Origin: Paragordius varius
Taxonomy: Eukaryota; Animalia; Nematomorpha
Assembly (NCBI GenBank): GCA_964247055.1
Contig: OZ176052.1
Coordinates: forward strand, 7,316,001 to 7,380,000
Direction of reading: 5' to 3'
DNA length: 64,000 nucleotides
Shown one piece after another: positions 38,801 through 51,418 of the stretch (position 1 is the stretch's first letter; each line of letters starts with the position of its first letter). The translations under genes and the position numbers were made by a program. The notes under the pieces were generated by a model that saw only the letters and a list, made by a program, of their open reading frames with translations, was not told where the DNA came from and searched no databases.

Positions 38801-41721
38801 GTCATTCAATAATTAAGTTTTTATAAAAAATTATATCCTAATATTACGCTAATAATGGTTAAAAGGTGTTTTTATATTCTTGTTTTGATATTTATCATCA
38901 AAAATAAAACCGTTTTTATTGACTGGGAAAACGTTTCGATTGATTGGGAAAATGTTTCGATTGACTGGGAAAACGTTTATTTAGACTGGGAAATGGTATA
39001 ACATTACAATAGTTAAAAACAATTTGTACGATATAATTTAATTTTTTAACATATGTTTTGAATATATAATTATATGGATTAGTTATAGTGAGTTAGAGAG
39101 GAAGAGAGATGGGCAATTCGTATTTTGCATTTCGCATAACAAAACTGTTGAGTAAATATACAACAAATGGTACAATTTAAAATAAAAACAAAAAATAAAT
39201 TTTTGAAATTACGAAAATATTGAAAATGTATATATGAAATCACGATTGCCTTGACTTTAAAAAATTTAAAGTCTGCATTCTTACATATTATAAAATAGAC
39301 GAATATGTGAATGATTAATTTGTATTGATTTGCAACATATAGCTAATTAAACGCGTAATACTCATAATTCCTTTCAAAGTCCATCGCTTGAAACAAAAGA
39401 TTGAAAATTGGAACTTTCGCGTTATACCGTAAAAAGTCATATTATTTGTTAAAGAGATTTTATAAATTGATGGATGCATTAGAATATCTAAATGTGTCTA
39501 TAATTAAAAAAAATATTTTTATTCGAATATTAATTAAATATTTTATCCATTATAATCTTTAATAACCAATACTGTTGTTGGTTATATCTTTTTAAATTGA
39601 TAGTATCCAACCAAGATAGGTAGGTATCTTTGGGTAGCGTTTTAAATCTGCAAGTAAATTAGAGTTTATCAATATATTTTTAAGTTTATCGGCGATATTC
39701 AAAACTTCTTTTTTTATCCCTAAAAATCTTAATGTGACCAAATTTAAAACTTTTCAGTCATATAGTTTTACAAAGATGCCTGTAAATTGTAGATATTTAT
39801 GCCAATGTTTTCCAAGTTATTACATAGGTATTTAAATGATAATGAAAATTAAATAGCATACAAATTCAATAATAATAACAATAATAATGATAGAATGATT
39901 CATAAAGTATAATAAATACACCAGCAGTAAATATTTGCAATTGTCAATTATGTCAGGACAATGCAATTTAATAAATACATAAAATATAAACACAAGAAAC
40001 ATTTAAAAATATTATTAGATGTATGGAATGTGCTTGAATAAAGGAATTTCATAAATATCTATCCATATTTATTTAAAGGATACATTCATTTTACAATGAA
40101 TTATATGTATATAATTGTTTAAGTTAGCTATCTACCTTTTATAAACTTACAATATAAATATTTAAAGTGTAAAATATTTGAACATTTTTTTTAACAAATT
40201 TGTATTGTTATTGTCAAATTACTATACCATAGAATTGACTCTTATAAATTGAAAGTTTTTTAAGGTGTATATTTATAATTTTAACAAGTCTGGAGTACAA
40301 AAATTAAATTTACATTTTATTTATCCAAGAACAATGGAAACAATTAAGATTTTATAAGATGAATATGTTTGTTATAAATGATATCTAAAAAATATAATGT
40401 GTCAAATATTGGTAAACTCAAGTACAATAAAGAATAGGTTTATGGATAAAATTTGGAAAATAAACATATTTGTAAAAATCGGAGCTGATTAAAATATTTT
40501 GATTTTTATTGAATAATATTGGTTGATAAGAAGATTGAAACATTAAATGAATTTCAATTATATTTTTGACAAAAAACGTGTCTTACGTGTTAAAATTATC
40601 GCAAAAGCTTAGTTCCAATAAATTTAAGCTAAATATGCAAGATGGTTTATAATTAAAATTAGTTAATTGTAGCCAATATTTAGAAAAATCTCATCAATAC
40701 CTTGCAAACATACTTTGCTGCAACAAAAATATTTCCACCCCCAAATTATATATAATAAATATAAACAAATAATTTTGAAAGACAAAAAAAAGACCTTTAT
40801 GATAAGTATGCATACTTTATAAATTACTAAGAGTTGCTGGATTACAGCCAAAAGACTTCAAATCACAAACATATAAGGTAAATATAACATGCGATTACAT
40901 ACAAAAGTAGCATATGTATGTTTAGTAAATTCAATGTTTTGATATCTTTATAAAGGGAAAAGTTATCAAATCAGCTTACCCATTATATTAGATAAAATGT
41001 TTAAGTTTATGCTTCATTTGGTTGCAAATAAATTAAAACGTTTCAGATTGGCAAATCAATTTAAAAAACAATTAAAACTTCTTTATGAATAAAAATGGAA
41101 TCACTAATTATATTAATTACTTATAAGCTTTAAATAAAAATTTTAAATCATAAAGATTAGGTATTTATTTTTTAATATTTGAAAATCATGTTTCAAAACG
41201 TGAATTATTTCATTTGGCAAATAAATATATATCCTTTACCTTGTACTTTTAAAACTATTATTTAAAGCTTAAATAAAGAACGGATTTTACAATAATAAAA
41301 CAATGATCTTTTAACTACGATTATGAAACAAATGCGCTCTATTGACCATACATTTAACATAAGAATTATGAGTTGAAATTTGAAAATAATTAAATAGCTG
41401 CAGGCTTTAATACAGAAAAAATAATGAACAAAATATGTAATAACTGAAATTTTAATTAATTTAATCTTATTAACAAAAAGATAACAATGATTAAAAGAAT
41501 TGAAAAGATACAAATGTTTTTACGTTCAAAAGTTTTTAATTGGTTAAATAAATAATTCCTTTTTTAATATTAATTTTAAGGAAAATCTAAGATTATTAAA
41601 TAAATATTTATATTAGTACTTTTCTTTGCTGTTTTTCCCAAGCAGGATCTAATAGTCCTTCCCGTTCCCACTCTTCTTCCGGCTCCATATAATGATTTTC
41701 ATAATGATTATTATGATTCAT
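26871..41721 (-). CDS. ACTN: Alpha-actinin, 21 coding exons per isoform, 989 aa
   Basis: Exons: 41721-41620, 35974-35740, 35377-35291, 35125-35038, 34707-34629, 33950-33869, [33772-33687 or 33163-33078], 32780-32629, 32509-32236, 31998-31838, 31575-31482, 31402-31311, 31113-31005, 30893-30753, 30413-30249, 29843-29653, 28752-28659, 28265-28143, 28076-27918, 27827-27669, 27167-26871. All GT-AG and phase-consistent. Domains: CH1/CH2 ([26 protein letters not shown]), four spectrin repeats and EF hands, ending YGETDL*. Confidence 0.96.
28929..29541. mobile_element. Foldback/MITE-like element with arms built of ~21-bp subrepeats, in an alpha-actinin intron
   Basis: Left arm (~28929-29070) has CACTTCAAGTTGGTCCTTGAA-type units. 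Right arm (~29407-29541) has the reverse-complement units around an AT-rich spacer. TSD not resolved. Confidence 0.7.
33078..33163 (-). CDS. ACTN: Alpha-actinin CH2 mutually exclusive exon, Ser variant
   Basis: 86-nt exon, phase 1 to 0, (D)[28 protein letters not shown], flanked by AG and GT. Confidence 0.9.
33687..33772 (-). CDS. ACTN: Alpha-actinin CH2 mutually exclusive exon, Cys variant
   Basis: 86-nt exon, phase 1 to 0, (D)[28 protein letters not shown], flanked by AG and GT. Confidence 0.9.
37681..38999. mobile_element. Foldback element with long TIRs containing 21-bp tandem subrepeats (alpha-actinin intron 1)
   Basis: 37681-38104 (424 bp) is the inverted copy of 38703-38999 (297 bp). 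The ~126-bp difference equals six extra TTTTCCCAGTCAATCGAAACA-type units on the left. The spacer carries hAT-like motifs (CAAGGGTGTCCAAC, two GCGGGCCGCA). Confidence 0.88.
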
Positions 41722-41831
41722 AAAATTAGTTTTTTATCCAGAAAAAATGCGTTATTTAAAAGTTTGACAATGTAATGTTACACATATGACACTACAAATA
41801 TTTCAGTTAAAACATATGGTATTATAAAAGT

Positions 41832-44779
41832 TTAACACTTGGATACAACACACTCATTTTAGTCCTTCGATTCAAATTGGGGTAGTTGGATACCCCATGC
41901 CTGTTTAAAATTAAATTCTTTAAAACATATAGAAGGAATCAAAACCATGGCAAAATTTTGCACTTATCTAACATTAATAAACCGAAATATATAAAAAATT
42001 GTATTCAAAAATACTTGATATTACTTATTTTAAGCTAAAACCGAAAGGTAAAAATTTCGTCAACGTGACATGTGTCAAATTGTAAAATTGAAAAATTATA
42101 CAAGCTAAAACGCTTTTTCTATTTCTATCAATGTTAGATGTAATTTATATAAAAAATTAGCTTTAGTTTTACCCTTAAAATTAAATAAAGACGATATTTT
42201 GCAAAAATTTTGTCAATAAAAATGGCGTCGAAGTAGTTTGAGATGGAGCTTTTTTTCCAAACAAAATTTTATCAAGATATTTTGGCATATTTATATAATA
42301 TTTATCAGGATAGAAGCATAAATTTAAATTGGGACCGTTTCCTTCAGTAGTTTTTTAAAAATATTAATTTGAATTTAGTCTGGGGTATTTAGATACCCCA
42401 ATTTAAATCGAAGTGTTAACACTTGGATACAACACCATTTTAATCCTTCGATTCAAATTGGGGTAGTTGGATACACCAGGCCTGTTTAAAATCAAATACT
42501 TTAAAAAGTATGGAAGGAATCGAAACCATGGCCAAATCTTGCACTTTATATAATATTAATAAACCGAAATCTATAAAAAAATTTATTCAAAAATACTTGA
42601 TATTACTTATTTTAAGCTAAAACCGAAAGGTAAAAATTTCGTCAACGTGACATGTGTCAAATTGTAAAATTGAAAAATTATACAAGCTAAAACGCTTTTT
42701 CTATTTCTATCAATGTTAGATGTAATTTATATAAAAAATTAGCTTTAGTTTTACCCTTAAAATTAAATAAAAACGATATTTTGCAAAAATTTTGTCAATA
42801 AAAATGGCGTCGAAGTAGTTTGAGATGGAGCTTTTTTTCCAAACAAAATTTTATCAAGATATTTTGGCATATTTATATAATATTTATCAGGATAGAAGCA
42901 TAAATTTAAATTGGGACCGTTTCCTTCAGTAGTTTAATAAAAATATTAATTTGAATTTAGTCTGGGGTATTTAGATACCCCAATTTAAATCGAAGTGTTA
43001 ACACTTGGATACAACACCATTTTAATCCTTCGATTCAAATTGGGGTAGTTGGATACACCAGGCCTGTTTAAAATCAAATACTTTAAAAAGTATGGAAGGA
43101 ATCGAAACCATGGCCAAATCTTGCACTTTATATAATATTAATAAACCGAAATCTATAAAAAAATTTATTCAAAAATACTTGATATTACTTATTTTAAGCT
43201 AAAACCGAAAGGTAAAAATTTCGTCAACGTGACATGTGTGAAATGGTAAAATTAAAAAAATACAAAATAAACCGCTTTTTCTATTTCTATCAATGTTAAA
43301 TGTAATGTATATTAAAAATTAGCTTTAGTTTTACCCTTAAAATTAAATAAAGACGATATTTTGCAAAAATTTTGTCAATAAAAATGGCGTCGAAGTAGTT
43401 TGAGATGGAGCTTTTTTTCCAAACAAAATTTTATCAAGATATTTTGGCATATTTATATAATATTTATCAGGATAGAAGCATAAATTTAAATTGGGACCGT
43501 TTCCTTCAGTAGTTTTTTAAAAATATTAATTTGAATTTAGTCTGGGGTATTTAGATACCCCAATTTAAATCGAAGTGTTAACACTTGGATACAACACCAT
43601 TTTAATCCTTCGATTCAAATTGGGGTAGTTGGATACACCAGGCCTGTTTAAAATCAAATACTTTAAAAAGTATGGAAGGAATCGAAACCATGGCCAAATC
43701 TTGCACTTTATATAATATTAATAAACCGAAATCTATAAAAAAATTTATTCAAAAATACTTGATATTACTTATTTTAAGCTAAAACCGAAAGGTAAAAATT
43801 TCGTCAACGTGACATGTGTGAAATGGTAAAATTAAAAAAAATACAAAATAAACCGCTTTTTCTATTTCTATCAATGTTAGATGTGAAAATAAAAAATTAG
43901 CTTTATTTTTACCCTTAAAATCAAATGAAGACGATATTATGCAAAAATTTTGTAAATTAAAATGGCGTCAAAGTAGTTTGACATGGAACTTTTTTTTCAA
44001 ACCCAAATTTTATTTAGATATTTTGGCATATTATAATTTTTATTAGGATAGAAAAATAAATTTAAATTGGGACCGTTTCAGTAATTTTTTTAAATCCTAA
44101 CTCAAATTTAGTCTGGGGTATTTAGATCCAATTTAAATCGAAGTTCTAACAAAAAAATAAAAAAAATATGTCATTAAAATAAGGATAATCTTAACACTTC
44201 GATTCAAATTGGGGTATCTAAATACCCCAGACTAAATTTAAATTAAAATTTTTAAAAAACTACTGAAGGAAACGGTATCAATTTAAATTTATGCTTCTAT
44301 CCTGATAAATAATATATAAATATGCCAAAATATTTTGATAAAATTTTGTTTTGAAAAAAAAAGTTCCAACTCAAACTACTTCGACGCTATTTTTATTTTA
44401 CAAAAATTTTGCAAAATATCGTCTTCATTTAATTTTAAGAGTAAAGCTAAAGCTTATTTTTTTATTTAAATTACATCTAACATTAATAGAAATAGAAAAA
44501 GCGGTTTATTTTGTATTATTTTTTTTTACAATTTGACACATGTCACGTTGACTAAATTTTTACCTTTCAGTTTTAGCTCAAAATAAGTAATATCAAGTAT
44601 TTTTGAATAAATTTTTTTATATATTTCGGTTTATTAATGTTATATAAGTGCAAAATTTTGCCATGGTTTCGATTGCTTCCATACTTTGTAAAGTATTTGA
44701 TTTTAAACAGGCCTGGGGTATCTAACTACCCCAATTTGAATCGAAGGACTAAAATGAGTGTGTTGTATCCAAGTGTTAA
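41832..44779. mobile_element. Tandem array of ~580-bp TTAA-bounded MITE-like units (4 direct + 1 inverted), piggyBac-like ends
   Basis: TTAA junctions at 41832, 42416, 42998 and 43578; inverted unit at 44191-44779. Each unit begins TTAACACTT-(~26-bp spacer)-CGATTCAAATTGGGGTA and ends TACCCCAATTTAAATCG-AAGTGTTAA. Confidence 0.88.
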
Positions 44780-47539
44780 TAATAACATATAAAAAAATTT
44801 TTTTAATTGTAAAACGCTAATATTTTAGATGTTTCTTCTTTTATATAAGGTTAAATCAAATTTTTGTAATCAACGCCCCATGAAGGCTATGCTGTGAACG
44901 GGATTGGGGAGTCTTGTGCAGACTGAAACTGTCAAGTTATTGATTTGTTTCACCCCTGATACTGATATAATTTTGGTTAACACTATGCATTTTCATATTT
45001 TACAGCGATGACATTATGGAGTATGTTTCGACCATATAGCTCAAAGTTAACAAACTACTGTTTAAAAGTTGATTTAAAATTTAATTATCAAATCTTCTTA
45101 TCCTATATTAGATAAAAAAAACTTAATTTTTTTCCCGACTACTATTCCATTAAGATAGCTTCAAAATCTTATTAATACAGAGATAAATTTTTAAACATGT
45201 TAAATTTAACTAAAATTTAAGAAATAACGAATATTTTAATCGAATTCTGAAATAAAATTTTTAGCATGTTATAGAAAAGGTGTTTAATGAAATCTCAAAG
45301 CGTTTTACCGTTCATCATACAAATAGCATAAAGTACGCTTCAACAAAATTTTGATAATACTTAAATTTTTAAATATTTTTGTTATTATCAAAATTTAGCA
45401 TATATCTTAAATATGTATCGCGCTATCCCGGCATTTTTACGTTTATATTACGAGAACTTGGTAAATTAAACAAACCAAAAAATTTTAGACATTTGGAACC
45501 GACATCTAAGAATTAAAATTTAATATTGTTTTGGTTGTTGATATATTTTAGGGATATTTTTGAAAAGCCTTTAGCTTTCTAAAAAATTTTATTTAATCAA
45601 TGGGTGCAAATTTAGCCATTTTCTGATATAAAGCACTCACAATAGTCTGAATAACTTTTTAAAACAATGTTTGTTTATATTCAGCCTAAACTATTCATAT
45701 TACAATCTTAAGCTCTTACCAAATATGACCGTCTACAAAAAATGCTAAAATTCAGTGCGTCCAAAATCGGGGGGTGTAATTAAATAACCTGATGAAATAT
45801 ATTATATATATATATATATTCTGATATTTGTATCAGGATTATCATGGTTCTTTTGGTTTTGGCTTTTATAAGAAAGTTATTTACACTTTTTTGGTAAGTC
45901 CTCCAAATCAGAAAATGGCAAAATTTGGGTATATTTTTTAAATATTTTTTTTGGTAAAAGGAGATTTTATTCCATAAATATCACTGAATTTATAATTAAA
46001 TAAAAAAAGTTAAACAACATTTTCAAAAAAAATTATTTTTGGATGAGAGCTCCGGAAGTATTTTTTTGCTCTTCTATATTTTATTAAAATAAACGCAAAA
46101 ACGAGATTGCCGGATAAAAAGTTTAATTATATTATATTTTGATATCAATTTAAAATATTTTTTAATAAATGCGTGCTTTTTTCAAAAATATAATTTTTAG
46201 CAAAATTTTGTTGAAAGTCTTACTTCATACTTTTTTGAGGTAGTTGAAAATGTTATAAAAATACTCTAAACTAATATATAAGAACTATTTATTTCAATGA
46301 TGCTAAACATTTCTATCACTTCATTTTTAAATATTCGTTCGTCTTCAAATTTATGTAATTAAAAATGGGGTTACAAAAACGATCCAAAATTAGAAAAAAC
46401 GAACACTTGTAATAAAATTCTCCAAATACTAGAATTTAAAGTAACAAAACTGTAAAAAAAATAAAAACTATTTTATAAAATACAAGAAATAATGTTTGAT
46501 AATTAATTTTAACAAAAATAACTTTCAAAAGAATAATTTTTTAGATTGAGCTCTGGGTTAAATACCCCAATATGTCATCGCGAAAAAATTGGAAAGGTCA
46601 TGAAAGTGTTCAAAAATCACAAAATATTATGCACCTTATATTTATTAATGATATATAATAATCTGAATGGAATATTCTGAAGTTCAGGTTACTCTTATTT
46701 AATATTATATTTTATGAAAAAACTTTTATTAAGTTTTAAGTAATCTCTCCAGCATGTCAGTAGATAACTACTTATATCAGAACAAACACAAAAGTTGGAA
46801 ATAGTTCCATAGTGAACTAATCTATATATTTAAAAAGTATGAGTTACTAGTTTGGACATTATTTTACCAGGGTAGATGCTTCCGTATTCCAAACCTCTGT
46901 TATATAATGATGAACGGGAGAATAAAGTTGCCATGTCAAATTATATGGTTTTTACTACACAATTTTTTATATATTTTTTGACAAAGATAAATTTTATAAT
47001 CGGTAACTTCCTCAGTTACAGTAACCTTTATTAATGGCTGGTACAACATCAATTAATCATGAGCCACATTCTTTCCAAATCTTATTTTCCTTTTATACCG
47101 CGAATCTTAATACAAGGGTGGTATAAACAACACTTTTTTTGGTTCTTGTTCCTTTTTTCTGAAACAAGTTAGTAATAATGGAACGCTAATGTCAATACAA
47201 AAATATCCTGTTTCCTAACAAAATTCAGGTTTTTTTTAAATTAGTAAAAATACGATACTTATTGCTCCAGTTGCAAATAGAGTAGATGGAAATCGATTCC
47301 TACTCTAATCACCAATAGAATTAAAGTACTTCAATTAAATATAATGCTTATTTTTGCTAAATTTTGCATATTCTCATAAAATTTAATCCAACCCTATAGA
47401 ATAAGTGTTCGATTTGGTGGGAACATTCATTCGGACTAAATAAACTTGCTGTTGATAATTTTAGCATTTATAACAAGATATAAATTAATTATTTAACACT
47501 TTGGGGATATAAATATCCCTGACTATATTTAGGTTGATA

Positions 47540-48600
47540 TTTTTAAAAATCTGCTGAACGGTCCCAATATTTATGCTTCCCATAAAAATTATATAAATAA
47601 GCCGGAATAAGTAAATGAATTTAGTTTTGAAAAAAAAAGTTTCATATCAAACTACTTCGACTCCATTTTTATATTATAACATTTTTGCAAAATAATGTTA
47701 TTATTTAATTTTAAAGCTGAAATTATAACTAACATATCAAAATCTAATATAACAGTGATAGAAACAAAAAAATGGTTTATTTTGTATATTATTTAATTTT
47801 GCTAAAGCACACATGTCATGTCTAAATTTTTACCTTTTAGTTTTACCTTAATGTAATATCAAGTAATTTTAAATGTTTTAATTTTGGTTCATTTAAACAA
47901 GTGTATACTTTTGCCATCGTTTCGATTCCTTACATAATTTTAAAGTATTTAATTTTAACACTTTGATTCAAAATGGGGTAACTAAATACCCCAGACTAAA
48001 TTTGAGTTAGGATTTTTATAAAACTACTGAAGGAAAAGGTCCCAATTTAAATATATGCTTCTATCCTAATAAAAATTATATAAATATGCCAAAATATCTA
48101 AATAAAACTTTGTTTTGAAAAAAAGTTCCATGTCAAACTACTTAGACGCCATTTTTATTTTACAAAATTTTTGCAAAATATCGTCTTCATTTAATTTTAA
48201 GGGTAAAATTAAAGCTAATTTTTTATTTAAATTACAAACATTGATAGAAATAGAAAAAGCTGTTTATTTTGTATTATTTTTCAATTTTACCATTGCACGC
48301 ATGTCAGGTTGACTAAATTTATACCTTTCGATTTTAGCTTAAAATATGTAATATCAAGTATTTTTGAATTTATTTTTTTATATACTTCGGTTTATTAATG
48401 TTATTTAAGTGCAAGATTTTGCCATGATTTCGTTCCTTCCATATTTTTTGAAGAATTTTTTAAACAGCCTGGGGTATTTAACTACCCCAATTTGAATCGA
48501 AGGACTAAAATGAATGTGCTGTATCCCAGTGACAGGCCTAGGGTATTCAACTACCCCAATTTGAATCAAAGGACTGAAATGAATGTGTTGTATCCAGAGT
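47540..48600 (-). mobile_element. More diverged inverted copies of the ~580-bp TTAA-bounded unit
   Basis: A copy from TTAA at 47955 to ~48529, a degenerate copy at ~47540-47950, and a duplicated end at 48530-48600. Confidence 0.75.
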
Positions 48601-49007
48601 TACAAACCTTTAAAAAACCCTTCTGTTTTTAATAGAGTCAACCCGACCCCTGAAGAAACTAGACGGCTGCCACTAAACCACCACTGGTTTATGGAAGGGC
48701 AGCCAGGGACGTCTTTTGTGGACAGTGGCGACGTGGGTCTGCTACACCCTTTTCTTGATACATCATGATACACCAAGTTGGTTCCAAGCCAACGGAACCA
48801 GCTCCTGCAATCTCTGGAATCTAGTTGGGGGTTCGTAGGCTAGAATATGATTGGTGACAGTTATTAGAGTTGAATAAATTAAATTTGTGCATCTTGTTTC
48901 TTGGATGAAGGTATATGATTAAAACCAAAGGTGTTAATAAATATTATAAAACATATTTTAAAAACATTGTTAGATAATTTTTTGTTTACTCATGTATCCT
49001 TTATTTT

Positions 49008-49183
49008 AAAATTTTTTTTTCGTTAAATGGGTACCAATATTTGGTAAAGAATGGAAAAAACAAGAGCTCTATGGTAATTTTTATACTTTTTGTTGAATAT
49101 GATATTGTTAATACCATAGCGCTCTTGTTTTTTCCATTCTTTACCAAATATTTATACCCATTTAACGAAAAAAAATAAATTTT
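49008..49183. repeat. Near-perfect ~70-bp-arm hairpin (small MITE-like palindrome)
   Basis: 49008-49076 is the reverse complement of 49112-49183 with few mismatches; loop about 35 nt. Confidence 0.85.
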
Positions 49184-49879
49184 GACAAAATGAAGAATAC
49201 ATGACTGTAACTGTCTAAAAATTAAACGTGTATTATTCAAATCTTATAAACCAATTTCCTCAAAATTTACGCAAAAACCCCAATATATGTGTGATATTGC
49301 CATAAAAATTAGTTTTCTTAAAATCGATTTTACAAATTAAATCAAATTTGGCAACATTTTGCACATGGATTTAGGGATTATTGAATGGAAGTTGTAGGAA
49401 ACATAATATTTTGATATTACATGATATAATAAATTACATTAGTATGAAAGGCGTAATTTTGAAACTAATATGGTTTTCAGTTTATAACTTATTAGATCAT
49501 CTCTGATATAACGATTGTTTTAATATTAAGCACGCATCAATAGAATAATCTATATATTTTTAAAAAATGGTGGCTTTGTGATCTGTTTCCGGAAAACCTG
49601 TAGACCCATTCAAATCCAAATATCGAAAAAATATAATCAATAATGAATGCCCCGACAATAACTTCGCCTCCGCAGTTCGGGCCCACCCCGTGTAAAAAAC
49701 GGGTTTTTTTGAAAATACAAGTCCACAAAAATCGTGTCTTTGAGACAATTTTCCCGAAAACGCGTTGGGCCATTCGATTTCAATACTTATTTTCGATTGC
49801 GCCGAAAGTCGGCTCGCTTTTTTAATTGCCCTCTTTTTACCCGCTTCCCCCGTAAAATGCCATTTTCTTTAAAAAAATA

Positions 49880-51418
49880 AAGTCCACAAAAATAATTTTT
49901 TGAATAAATTTTTTGACCAGGGTATGAGACCGTAAAAATTTAATGAGCATTCCAGATATTCCCTGTTGAAAGGCAAAAATTTTAGTCGGTGCGTTTTTTT
50001 ATATTGGCTGCTGGGTAAGGAGATACCCGCTAAAAACTGCCCTATCATATCGAAATAGAATGCCTTTGGGGCTTTCAAGAAAATCTATCAGGTATATGTG
50101 TTCAATAGTTGCTTAAAATATTACCCGTAACAAGGCAAAAATTTAGATCGTGCGGTTTTTTAAAATTAGCCGTTAATTAGGCCCTTCACGCCCTGTGCCA
50201 CCATAGAATGATTTTTCAGTTTTGAGGCAATTTTTCCAAAAACTAATGAAAACATATGGAATCAATCATGATTCCAGGTATTCTCAGTAAAAAGGCAAAA
50301 ACTTTATTCAAGCGCTTTTTTTGTATCAGCCTTTGGATAGGGAGCTACCCGCCTAAAACTGAGCCACCATATCAAAATTGCGTTTAGGAGTTAATTTTCA
50401 AAAAACTTAAGGCCATATAAGTTTTATAAGGGCCTCAAATATTACCCGTAGAAAGGCAAAAATTTAAGTCGAGCAATTTTTTTAAATTAGCCGTCAATTA
50501 GATCCTTTACGCCCTAAAAATGCGCTATCATTGAACTATTATTTAGTTTTAAAGCCATTTTTCCAAAAACTATTAAGAACATATGGAATGAATGATGATT
50601 TCAGGTATTCCCCTTATAAAGAAATTTTTTTTTATGGAACGTCTTTTTTATTATGGCCTTCTGGGTAGGGGGCTAGCCGCCTACGACTGCGCCACCATAT
50701 CGATACAGCGTGACTTTGGAGGCAATTTTTGGAAAACTTCCCAGGCCAATAAGGGCTTGAAATATTACCCGTAAAAAGGCAAAAATTAAGTAGAGTGGTT
50801 GTATTAAATTACCCCTTTAGGCCCTTGCCCTGATGCGCCACCATAGAATGACTTATTGATTTTGAGGCAATTTTTCGAAAATCCCACGAGAACATATGGA
50901 ATCACCAGGTATTACATGAATTAAGACAAAAATTTTATTCGAACGTTTTTTGTTTCGCCCCTGGTTAGGGGATGTCTTTGGAGCCAAATTTCAGGAAACC
51001 TAAGAGTCTAATCAGAACATATGGAATCCATGATAATTCCAGATATTCCCCATATAAAGACAAAAAATTTTCCCTTTTTTATACCTGCCCCTGGGTAAGG
51101 AGCTACCCGGCAAAAACTGCGACATATAGAAATAGCGTTGTTTTGGAGCTAGTTTACAGAAAATTTATGAAGCCATATGAGCTCATTAAAAGCTTGAAAT
51201 ATTACCCGTAATTAGGTAAAAAAGGTCAGTTTTTATTAGCAGTTAATTTGGCGCCTTTATGCCCTAAAAATACGCCATCATTTAACGTTTATACAGGGTT
51301 TAGGTATTTTTCGAATAACCCATGAGACGATGGTATCAAACATGATTCCAAATATTTGCCCTATACAGGCAAAGTTACAGCGCTTTTTCTATATATGTCT
51401 ATGGGTAGTGGTCTACCG
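49880..51418. repeat. Degenerate tandem repeat (period ~320 bp), interrupted by the hAT element and resuming at 54145-54230
   Basis: Anchor AAATATTACCCGTA recurs near 50116, 50437, 50760 and 51197. GAACATATGGAATC and GAGCTACCCG motifs recur in register. Confidence 0.7.

Noticed and set aside
44870-44960. GC-richer patch resembling a C/D-box snoRNA (ATGAAG...CTGA)
   Set aside because: The box C match is imperfect, there is no terminal stem and I recognise no rRNA-antisense element.
46730-47330. Possible minus-strand LINE RT remnant (GLEYGSIYP)
   Set aside because: There is only one weak motif amid many stops, which is insufficient to call.
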